Shown: positions 9,385 through 18,800 of the stretch, piece by piece | Position numbering within the stretch: position 1 is the first letter of the stretch | How the letters are laid out: the number at the start of each line of letters is the position of its first letter | Virus record (IMG/VR): IMGVR_UViG_3300016476_001289 | Source of the DNA: a virus | DNA length: 64,000 bases | Reading direction: 5' to 3' (one strand) | Program-made: the position numbers and the translations under genes | Notes under the pieces: generated by a model | Told to the model about the DNA's origin: nothing | The model's database searches: none | What the model saw: the letters and a program-made list of their open reading frames with translations, nothing else

Positions 9385-10473
9385 ATGTCTGATTGCTTTC
9401 AACACATTCGAGAAATTATAGAGATAGGTCATTTAACAAAATCCTTTAAATTAAATGATGTTTCTATCAAGATAAAAAACCCCAATCTTCAATTAATAGA
9501 TTGGTCGGAAGAGTTTTCTTCAAATCTAATAGAAAAGAAGCTTATTCTATTATGTAGGTGTATTATATCTATTTCAGGAATAGATACTAGAAATTTACAT
9601 TTTGAATTATATGAAAGTTTTATAAACTCACATTCTTTTAGTATTTTAGATAAATTAAGGGTGTATGCGGACCACACCATGTATATCGCCACCAAAGCGA
9701 ATAAATATCTGGAAGCCTTTTGTTATACCGATGAATCAAGATATATATGGAAAGCTTGGAAAGCAAGAAGCCTTTTCACTTCCTATAAATTAGAAGATAT
9801 TAATAATCTTCAATTATCATGGGTGATATGGAATGAAGCAGAAGATGAAAGATTAGAATCAGATAGAGATTGGGAAAAGGCTTTTTTTATAGCATCAGCA
9901 AGTAATGCTAAAGGTGTCGAGTCAGTACAAAAGAAATGGAAAGCTAAAGATAAATCAGAAATGGATAGAAGAGAAGAAGTTATAGAGATGGCTAAAAAAG
10001 GGGCATTAGAAGACCCATCTAAGAAAAAATATGTACAACAAAAAAATTATAATAGATCAAAATCAGAAGAAGAATTAAAAGAAGAAATGAGAAAATGGGT
10101 AGCAGGTGAAGAAGATGAACATGATAGAGCGGTAAGGGAACATAAAGAAGAAGTACAAAACACAATAAATGAAATGAAAAGACAAGCTGAAGAGATGAAA
10201 AAGAGAAATAGGGAAAAGAGATCGGAATTAGAGAATGTCGTGACGGGTATGAGTTTAATAGGATTAACAGAAGAACAAATCAGAAGTAGAGTTAAGAAAG
10301 ATATATTTGAAGCACCAACTATAAATGAAGGTAATAAATCTGTTATAGAAAACTTCTTTATGAAACCAACAACAACAGGCAATTTAACCATAGAAGATGG
10401 TGAAGTTAAAGGAAACTATACCCAACCTTCTTTAATGGATAAAATATCTAATAGACGACCTTCGATGGAGTAA
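9385..10473 (+). CDS. second tail assembly chaperone-like protein (putative)
   Basis: Immediately before the tape measure gene. Track start 9364 is a TTG; first ATG is 9385. Confidence 0.55.
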   Translation: MSDCFQHIREIIEIGHLTKSFKLNDVSIKIKNPNLQLIDWSEEFSSNLIEKKLILLCRCIISISGIDTRNLHFELYESFINSHSFSILDKLRVYADHTMYIATKANKYLEAFCYTDESRYIWKAWKARSLFTSYKLEDINNLQLSWVIWNEAEDERLESDRDWEKAFFIASASNAKGVESVQKKWKAKDKSEMDRREEVIEMAKKGALEDPSKKKYVQQKNYNRSKSEEELKEEMRKWVAGEEDEHDRAVREHKEEVQNTINEMKRQAEEMKKRNREKRSELENVVTGMSLIGLTEEQIRSRVKKDIFEAPTINEGNKSVIENFFMKPTTTGNLTIEDGEVKGNYTQPSLMDKISNRRPSME

Positions 10474-10479
10474 TAAAAA

Positions 10480-13400
10480 ATGGCAAAAAGTAGAAGTGGT
10501 TTTAGTATGGGTGGAAGTACAGATAGTGCTAAAAAGAATGTCGTTCAATTAAATGAATTAGGTAAAGCAATCAGATACTTGAGTGAAAATATGTCTAATC
10601 TTACTGCAGAAGAAAGAAAAAATGCTGAAGTAGTAAAAAAAGCTAATGAGGTTAATAGTAAAGCTTCTGAAATTATTATTAACGGCTTACAACCTGCCTA
10701 TAAATATATGCAAAAAGAAATTGCAGAACTAGAAGAAATACAAAAAAAGTATAACGCCACCGTAAAAAATACTTCGGAGAATGTATTTAACAGTACCTCA
10801 AAAATAAAAAACTATAAAACTAAAATAGAATCATTAAGAAAAGAAATACAACAATTAGAATTAGAAGAAAAAAGAGTGGCATCAGATGCAGTGGCACTAG
10901 CAGAAGTTAAAGGTAAAAAAGAAGCGCAAGAAGCCTATATAAAATCTCTTGAAGACTCTATAAAAGAAGAAGAAGTTTTAGTAAATGAAGAGATAAAATT
11001 ACAAAAAGAAGCATTAGAAAAATATGAAGCTATTTATGGTAAAAGAACAAAAATATTACAAGATAGTATCAAAGATGAAGAAAAACTTTATAATGAAAGA
11101 ATGTCTAAAGTAGATGAAGCTTTTAAAAAAGAAGGTAAATTAGGTGCTAAATCTTTTAAAGCTATGGAAGAAGTACTAGGTGGAATTGATGCTCATTTAA
11201 CTGAATTGTCTAAAATGAGTTCTCTTGGGGATTTAGGTAGAGGTGCTAAAAGTATAGGTGAAAGTTTTGAAAAAGTTGGTGCTACTGTTGAAGCTATGGG
11301 TGGTGGTCGTATAGGTAGATCTTTAGCAGGTTTTGGTGGCATGATAACAAAAGCACTTGGACCTATAGGTATGCTTATATCTATTGCTGAAACTTTAATG
11401 TCTGCCGAAAAAGAACAAAAAGACTTTAATAAACAAATTCTCGAAGGTGGGGGTGCTTTAGATTATATGTCTAAAGGAACAGATAGCTTACATGAAAATT
11501 TAAATGTCTTAAGAAAAGGTATGTTAGATTACACTAATCTAACTGAAATGGGTTTGGGAGCAGATGAAGTAAGATCGACTTTAAATAGCTTACAAGAAGC
11601 TAATCTTACTTTAAAAAAGATGGCACCCGAAGGAGCTAATATTAAAGAACAATTTGGTGGTGCACTAGTAGTAATGAAAGAATTAAAAACAATATCCACT
11701 GTTTTTGGTCTTGGTATTGATGAAGCTACAAGCCATGTTGAAACTTTACATATGAATTTAGGTAAAACTTTAGATGACGCTGAAGATATGAAAAACATTA
11801 AAAATGCTTTTGATAGTATTAGAGATGCTGCCTCTCAAGCAGGTTATAGTAATAAAAAATTCTTTAGTACTATTATTGGTGTCACAAATGAAGTTAATTC
11901 TATGAATGGTCGTGTAGCTGAAGCAGGGACTTTATTTCTTAGACTTAAAAAACTTATGGGTAAAAAAGGTGAGAAATTATTTGAAGAAGCTAAACAAGGT
12001 TATGAAGGTAAATCTTTCCAAGAAAAAGCTACGGATGTTTATAAAGTAGGTCAAGGGAATACAAAAAAGATATTAGAAAGAGAAGCCCTTACTAAATCTA
12101 TTAGCTTATTTGGTCAAGGAGGGAAAGGTGGTATTTATGGGGGTCAACAAGGTGAAGAAATACAAAAACTATTTAAAGGTGTAGGTGTGGATATTAAATC
12201 TCTCACCGAAGGTAATACAGAACAGGTAGCTAAACTCTCTAAAATGAGCATTGAAGATAGAGCAAAATTCTTAGGAGATGTAAGAAGATCTCAAGGTGCA
12301 GATGTTGCTAATGCACTACAAGACCTATTTAGTTTAGCTAAAGGTGCTAAAGGTGGAACAATAGGTGCTCAAACTCAAGCATTAGATAAAACAAGTATGG
12401 GGGGTAATTTAGCTATGCTCTCAGGTAAACTTAATTTTATAGGTATGACTGCAGATAAAATAGCTAAAATAGATTTTACTTCGGAAGTCAATCAAAAATT
12501 GTTTGAAGATACTTTTGGTGAAAATGCTAATAATATGAGAGACCTCATGGAAAGAAGTAGATCAGATTATCTTAGTACTAATAAATTAGTACAAGAATAT
12601 GCTGGAGCTACAGACAAAAGAAAACTAGAGATTGATAAGGAATTAGGGGAACAAGGCATGGCTATGAAAGAAGGTAAATTAATTGCTAAAGGTACAGGTC
12701 TAGCAATAGGTTCTTTCACTGACTTTATTCAATCCTTCCCTGAAAGATTCCAAAGTCCTGATGAAGTTGAACAACACCAAAAAACACAAGAAGAACTTTT
12801 ACAAGAAAGTATTGATGCTACGGTTTCTTCTAGTGATGTGATTGCTACTATCCTTAAAGAAAAACTAGACTTCTTAGGTGATTATACTTCTTGGATTTTC
12901 TCTTGGTTATCAGGTGGAACAGATAGAGAAAAGAAAATTCAAGAACAAGAAAAATTAAAAGAAGAAATTCGTCAATTAGAAAAACAAAGAGCAGATGATA
13001 AAGACTATGTAAATGATCTTAAAAAACAAATGAAAACTGTAAAAAAAGGAAGCACCGAAGAAAAAGCATTACAAGAGAAAATAGCAGAGGCGGAAGCAGG
13101 TGCAAAAGCAAGACAGACCCTCATAGAAGAAAAACAAGGTGTATCTAGGGCTTTTAGGTCGTCCGAAGTTACGGACAAGGGATCAGCTGAAAATGTCAGA
13201 AGATATGAATTAGCTCAAGCAGCTTTTGATGAAGCTAAAGGTAGCTCCAAAGATAAATATAAAGCTGTAGGAGAAAAATATGGTGACTGGGCTGTTGAAG
13301 AACTTAAAGCAAGAGAAACACTTTCTAAATCAACAGATAAAGATGATAAGAAAACATGGGCCGCTATTCAAAAAGGGGGGGCAGGTGGTTCTGCTTATGA

Positions 13401-14250
13401 GATACTCAAACAAAAACAAATAACAGCCCTAGAAGATAAAAAAACAGACTATACTGCAGAAGAATGGGCGATGATGTCGGTAGGGGGTATAGGAAAAGAC
13501 CCTGAAGAAATTAAAAAAATAGATGCTGAGATAGCAGCTCTTAAAGGGTCTTTCAAAACATTCAATCTTGCTAGTGATACGGATATAGGAAAAATTGAAG
13601 CATTGAAAGAGGGAGACAAAGCTGAAGCAGAGAAGAAAAAAGTAGAAGAAGAAAAAAAGAAAAAAGAAGAAGAAGAAAAAAAGATTGCAGAAGGTGCTCA
13701 AGCATCCATAGACTCTCTTAAACCAGAGATTATTCAAAAAGATGAAGAAGCAAGATTAAAAGCACAAGCTAAAGACCCTAACTATAAATCAATGAAGAAA
13801 GAAGAACGAGAAGTAGCAACTAAACTATTAATTGAAGAACAAGAAAAAGCTAGAAAAAAACAATTTGAAGAAGCCTTTACTAAATTTGCTGAAAGCAAAG
13901 GCACTAATATACAAGACCCCAATTTTAAAAATAAACTAGATAGGGCTTATACCTATTCTTCACTCGGTACAGGTCAAACAGCAGAAGGAATATTAGATTT
14001 TGTAAACCAAAGTACTGCACCTGCCCAACCCGTTCAAGACCTCCTCATTTCTAGTAAAGGAGCTTTCAAACTCGATTCTAAAGATGATGTCGTTGCTATG
14101 AAACCAGGTGGTGCTATTGACCAATATATGAAAGGTAAAGGAGCAGGCAGTGTTACTATCAATATCAATGGTGGTGACGAAGCTCGTATCTTTGAAGTCG
14201 TTAAAAAAGCTATGCAATCAGCAGGTGTTGTTACTCAAGGAGGTAGATAA
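10480..14250 (+). CDS. tape measure protein
   Basis: 1256-aa coiled-coil protein with a Gly/Ala hydrophobic segment; canonical position before baseplate genes. Confidence 0.8.
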   Translation: MAKSRSGFSMGGSTDSAKKNVVQLNELGKAIRYLSENMSNLTAEERKNAEVVKKANEVNSKASEIIINGLQPAYKYMQKEIAELEEIQKKYNATVKNTSENVFNSTSKIKNYKTKIESLRKEIQQLELEEKRVASDAVALAEVKGKKEAQEAYIKSLEDSIKEEEVLVNEEIKLQKEALEKYEAIYGKRTKILQDSIKDEEKLYNERMSKVDEAFKKEGKLGAKSFKAMEEVLGGIDAHLTELSKMSSLGDLGRGAKSIGESFEKVGATVEAMGGGRIGRSLAGFGGMITKALGPIGMLISIAETLMSAEKEQKDFNKQILEGGGALDYMSKGTDSLHENLNVLRKGMLDYTNLTEMGLGADEVRSTLNSLQEANLTLKKMAPEGANIKEQFGGALVVMKELKTISTVFGLGIDEATSHVETLHMNLGKTLDDAEDMKNIKNAFDSIRDAASQAGYSNKKFFSTIIGVTNEVNSMNGRVAEAGTLFLRLKKLMGKKGEKLFEEAKQGYEGKSFQEKATDVYKVGQGNTKKILEREALTKSISLFGQGGKGGIYGGQQGEEIQKLFKGVGVDIKSLTEGNTEQVAKLSKMSIEDRAKFLGDVRRSQGADVANALQDLFSLAKGAKGGTIGAQTQALDKTSMGGNLAMLSGKLNFIGMTADKIAKIDFTSEVNQKLFEDTFGENANNMRDLMERSRSDYLSTNKLVQEYAGATDKRKLEIDKELGEQGMAMKEGKLIAKGTGLAIGSFTDFIQSFPERFQSPDEVEQHQKTQEELLQESIDATVSSSDVIATILKEKLDFLGDYTSWIFSWLSGGTDREKKIQEQEKLKEEIRQLEKQRADDKDYVNDLKKQMKTVKKGSTEEKALQEKIAEAEAGAKARQTLIEEKQGVSRAFRSSEVTDKGSAENVRRYELAQAAFDEAKGSSKDKYKAVGEKYGDWAVEELKARETLSKSTDKDDKKTWAAIQKGGAGGSAYEILKQKQITALEDKKTDYTAEEWAMMSVGGIGKDPEEIKKIDAEIAALKGSFKTFNLASDTDIGKIEALKEGDKAEAEKKKVEEEKKKKEEEEKKIAEGAQASIDSLKPEIIQKDEEARLKAQAKDPNYKSMKKEEREVATKLLIEEQEKARKKQFEEAFTKFAESKGTNIQDPNFKNKLDRAYTYSSLGTGQTAEGILDFVNQSTAPAQPVQDLLISSKGAFKLDSKDDVVAMKPGGAIDQYMKGKGAGSVTININGGDEARIFEVVKKAMQSAGVVTQGGR

Positions 14251-14858
14251 TGGCTTATATCCAACCTATTATTGCTTCCCCTAATGATGATTTTGCGGGA
14301 AGGGGCGTTAAACCTATTGTATTTGATATTATCGCACCCGATGGTCAAACTTCTCTACTATCAGATGGTGTTAATGACTACCGTATGGTTCTCCATGCTA
14401 ATGTCCAAGACATTTCTATATCCTATGAGAAATCCATCGAACGACAACAAACTATGGGTGGATGGATTGAAGAACACTGGGCAGATAAACCTATCACTAT
14501 CACCCTAGCAGCTACCACAGGTGGTTTTATACATAAACAAAGAGGTCTCGTAGGCACTTCAGGCCCCGTCCCTAAAGTCGGGGGTATTGATCAAGGTCAT
14601 ACTAGACGAGATACCATAGGCTACCAACAATACCTAGACTTATTAGCCCTCTTCCATAACAACGGTGCTTTCTATGATCGTAATGGCAATATCGTTGTTA
14701 CAGGTCGTATTAAAATGTCTTTTGATGGTGGTGTTTGGTTTGGATGGTTTCAAAACTTCTCTGTAGCCGATAGTGCTGATGCACCACACTTGTTTAAATG
14801 CTCTCTCGGCTTCCAAGTCGAAAGAGAAGTTCATGGTATTAGAACCCAAACCGTCTAA
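14250..14858 (+). CDS. baseplate/tube initiator-like protein
   Basis: Follows the tape measure; paralogous to the next gene (RRDTIGYQQYLDLLALF vs RRDSASYRQLMNLLALF). Confidence 0.6.
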   Translation: MAYIQPIIASPNDDFAGRGVKPIVFDIIAPDGQTSLLSDGVNDYRMVLHANVQDISISYEKSIERQQTMGGWIEEHWADKPITITLAATTGGFIHKQRGLVGTSGPVPKVGGIDQGHTRRDTIGYQQYLDLLALFHNNGAFYDRNGNIVVTGRIKMSFDGGVWFGWFQNFSVADSADAPHLFKCSLGFQVEREVHGIRTQTV

Positions 14859-14869
14859 GGATTTTATTT

Positions 14870-15871
14870 ATGGCAGCTAAAACACCTGACTACCTACAAA
14901 CACTCCCCTTTGTAGAACTCGCCACAGGCGAACTCTTCCAACTCTACCCTGATGATGAAGTTGGTACTTTCCCTGTCGATACTTCTAATGCTTTATTAAG
15001 GGGTTATGCTCCCTTTGTTATTTATGCTGAACCCCCTAATATTATTCAAGCACTAACTAACACCGAAAAAAATAAACTCATACAAGACAAAGTTGTTAAA
15101 AGTGCACCTTTTGCTTCTCCTGTTAAAAATAGATCCTATCTTAAAACAAATCCTAATAACTTATTTGGTGCTACCATTAGTAGTATAGCGGGACCACCTA
15201 CTTCTAATAGAACTGAAGATGATAGATATATCACTCTACCTACATACTTAAATGATAGATTAGTTGCCCTTGATATTCTTGACCAATACAAACAATTAAA
15301 AGACCTACCACCTATTACCCTTCTCATTAACCCTCAAAATATGAGTATTCAATATAACAGAATACAAGCTTACCAGGACACCACAAGAGTTGGTTATATC
15401 TATCAAGCATGGGGTGAAGATATTCCTACTATGACTTTAAGTTGTAAAGTAGGTCCTTATATCTCTGATAACATAGACCCTAAAAAATCAAGAGGATTAC
15501 ACCATACAAGTAGAAGAGATAGTGCTTCTTATAGACAACTTATGAACTTATTAGCTTTATTTAAAAATGGTGCTACTATTAGAGATAGATTAGGTAGAAC
15601 TGAAATGATACACCAAGTAGGGTATCATGTTATAGAATATGATGGTGTTCGATATACGGGACATATTAACTCTTTTAACTGGAGTATAGCTACAGAACAA
15701 GCTAATGGGGGTATAGATTTTGAAATGGGTTTTGAAATTCTACAAATGGATTATTTTGAAACTACCGATATTAGAACATCTTTATACTCACCTGACGATG
15801 CTAAAGCATATACAGGACAACCTGTAAATATCACACCATTAAACAATCTTATTAAATCTGGAGTAAGCTAA
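14870..15871 (+). CDS. baseplate/tube initiator-like protein (paralog)
   Basis: LLINPQNMSIQY...QAWGE pattern; paralog of 14250..14858. Confidence 0.6.
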   Translation: MAAKTPDYLQTLPFVELATGELFQLYPDDEVGTFPVDTSNALLRGYAPFVIYAEPPNIIQALTNTEKNKLIQDKVVKSAPFASPVKNRSYLKTNPNNLFGATISSIAGPPTSNRTEDDRYITLPTYLNDRLVALDILDQYKQLKDLPPITLLINPQNMSIQYNRIQAYQDTTRVGYIYQAWGEDIPTMTLSCKVGPYISDNIDPKKSRGLHHTSRRDSASYRQLMNLLALFKNGATIRDRLGRTEMIHQVGYHVIEYDGVRYTGHINSFNWSIATEQANGGIDFEMGFEILQMDYFETTDIRTSLYSPDDAKAYTGQPVNITPLNNLIKSGVS

Positions 15872-18800
15872 ATGACTATTAGTGTTAAAGGTGGTAATAG
15901 TGCTACCACAACAGGTAGAATACTAGATAGACCTTATGTTGGTTTATGGAAACCTAATTTTAGAAAAGTCTTATCTTATTCACCTGATGCTCTCGTTTAT
16001 ATAAATGGGGATACTTCTCTTGTAGGTTGTAAAGACTGTAATAATAGAATAGACTTTCAACCTTATATAACATCAGTATCTGCAGGTGCTGGAGTGGATT
16101 CTAGTAGTGGTGATTCTACTATAAGTTTCTCTATACCTAAGCATCATGGTGATAGTATATTTAAAGATGGTGCTTTTCTTATTACACCTGGTCTTGAAGT
16201 AAATGTTTATATTCGTGGTGTATTTGATGTTAAAGAATTAAATGCTAATGAGATAGTAGAATATGAAGATGAGAGTTATAATCTTAAAGACTTAAAAATG
16301 AAACCTTATTACCCTGTCTTTCATGGTGTAGTGACATCTATAAGTTATGCTTATAGTGGTGGGTTTTATAATGGGTCTTTTAGTTGTAATAATTTACTCT
16401 ATTTTTGGCAATATCAGTTTATAGATACCAATACTGCAGCGATGGCTGCAAGACCTAGTGAATCACCAGGTCAAGTTCAAATGCTAGGTCATAAATTTAC
16501 AGGTATGACACCTCACCAAATTATATATCAATTATATAAAGACTCGGGTGGGTCAGCTCAAGGTATTGTCGCAGGTATTAATAAAAAGACAAATGTTAAT
16601 GCTCGTGTAGGTAAACAAGATGCTTTTAGTTTAAGTCTTAGATATTGGGAACGAAGATTTTCTCAAGGTATGTATGGTTTAAGGATGCACGGTACTTCGG
16701 GTAGATTGTTTTCTAGTTTAGAACAAGTCTTTTATGGTAATACTAAGGGTGGTGTTATTAGTAGAGTAATTTCCGACACTTTAGGGGTAGCTAATAAAAC
16801 ACAATCTAAAAAGGGAACTCCTGACCCTACAGGTGGTGAAGCAGATATTTTAAGAAAAAGAAATATAGTAAGACTTAATGGTTCAGGTAATACTAGAATA
16901 GTTGAAAGAGCACCTGATGTTAATACCGTCCAAGCTACATCTGAAAAAGATTCTAAGGGACAACTTACATCTGATATGCAGGCATATATTTTAGATATAG
17001 GTAATTTAGCTAGTATTAACTTATGGGAATCTTCTTATGAGTCTAAGCAACAAATTGCTTCTACTGTTGCCGAAAAAGCCAATTTTGAATTTTATCAAGA
17101 TGTAGACGGTGATTTAGTTTTTAAACCACCTTTATATAATCTTAACACCAAAGCGAGTAGAGTATATGTTCTTAAACCTGAAGATATTATTAGTATGAAC
17201 TTCTCTGTTAAAGAACCTCAATATACTTATGCTGTGGTTAAGGGTGTTAATTTTAAAAACATTAATGGAGTAGTAGAAGATGAGTTCTTAGCACCTAAGT
17301 CAACATATATAGATTATAGACTTGTAGCTAAATATGGGTGGAGACCTTTAGATATAGATAGTAATATTATTACAAATACTACTGCTGCTTTCTATTATGC
17401 CGCCGCTGAATTAGATAGACAAAACCAAGATGCTGAAACCGCTTCTGTTTCTATCACCCTTAGACCTGAAATTAAACCAGGTTATCCTGTATATATAGAA
17501 CATATAGATTGTTTCTATTATGTCACCTCTGTATCTCATGATTTTAGTTATGGATCTTCTTGTAGCACTACAATAGAAATTAAAGCTAGAAGAAAAAGAT
17601 TTATGCCACCAGGTGATATTAATGTTTCTTATAAAGATGATCCTAGTAGGGCAGTAGATCTTATTAATACCTATAAAGGATCTAAATATCTTAAAAAGAA
17701 AGAAGAAGTTGTGGGCACTACGGGTTTAGAAAATGAAACTAAATATAAAGTAACAGGTTTTCCTAATGTTGTTATGGGTCTCGATTTGACTCGTATAGAC
17801 CCTAATTTCTTTTATATGGGTACTGAAACTCTTGAAATAGATAAACCATATTTCAAAAATATGCTTATTGTAGAAGCTATGAATTTAAAGGTTTTAACTT
17901 TAGCACCTGATAGTACAGATGATATATTTAGTGAAAATGCTAAATTTGTAGTGCTTAACCCTATTGATAATGGACCACCTCAACAAATAGGTACAATATC
18001 AGGTAAAGACATAAGTCAAGGGCAAAAAGACATTTCTAGTATAAACACAGATTATCAAAAAGACTTACAATCGGCTGTGGGTAAAAATAATAAAAAATTA
18101 ACCCCTGAGGAAAAGGCAGACGCACAACAAAAAGTAAAAGAAGATATGGAAAAGGCTTATAATACTCTCACTGAGGTAGATAATCGTAATGCTAAAGACC
18201 AATCAGAAAATGTAAGTTTTATATATAATGAAGAATATGAAAGATCTTTATTAAATCCACCTGAAGGACAACTACCTGTTCTAACCTTATTAGATTTAAT
18301 TAACACTGTTAGGATAAATAAACAAAGGGCAAATGAGTCATCTACAGGTATGGGAAGTACTGCTAATATATTAGAACTTCTCTCAAATAAGAAAAATGCT
18401 TTCTCGCCCCATGTCCCAGGATATTTTAGATATTATAGTAGTTCTCACCCTGACCCTAAAATGCAAGGGGCAACAGAAATTGAATTTAGTGTTACAGATG
18501 GTGAAATAAAAAGTGTAGGTGAAAGACTATTAAAAACAACAGATGATCGTTTTAATGGTAATAAGATCAATACGGTAAAACATGATCCTAGTGGTGATGG
18601 TGATACTGTTGTGTTTACTGAAGATTATCCTAAAGCAGGACTTAAAGTAAAAAATCCTTTTACTAAAAATATAGAAGTAATTGCCACTAATGAAATTACT
18701 TCACTGACTTTCCAAGAACATGAAGTTTATAGAAAAGTTGTGAAAGACAAGAAAGCGAAAAAGTCTAAAGAAGAACTTTGGGTTCAATTACCTACAGATT

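Noticed and set aside
9351-9390. Programmed frameshift between the two tail chaperone genes (lambda G/GT type)
   Set aside because: The downstream ORF is in the +1 frame, open only from 9358; there is no X-XXY-YYZ heptamer in the right frame, and it has its own ATG at 9385. Not excluded, but unsupported.
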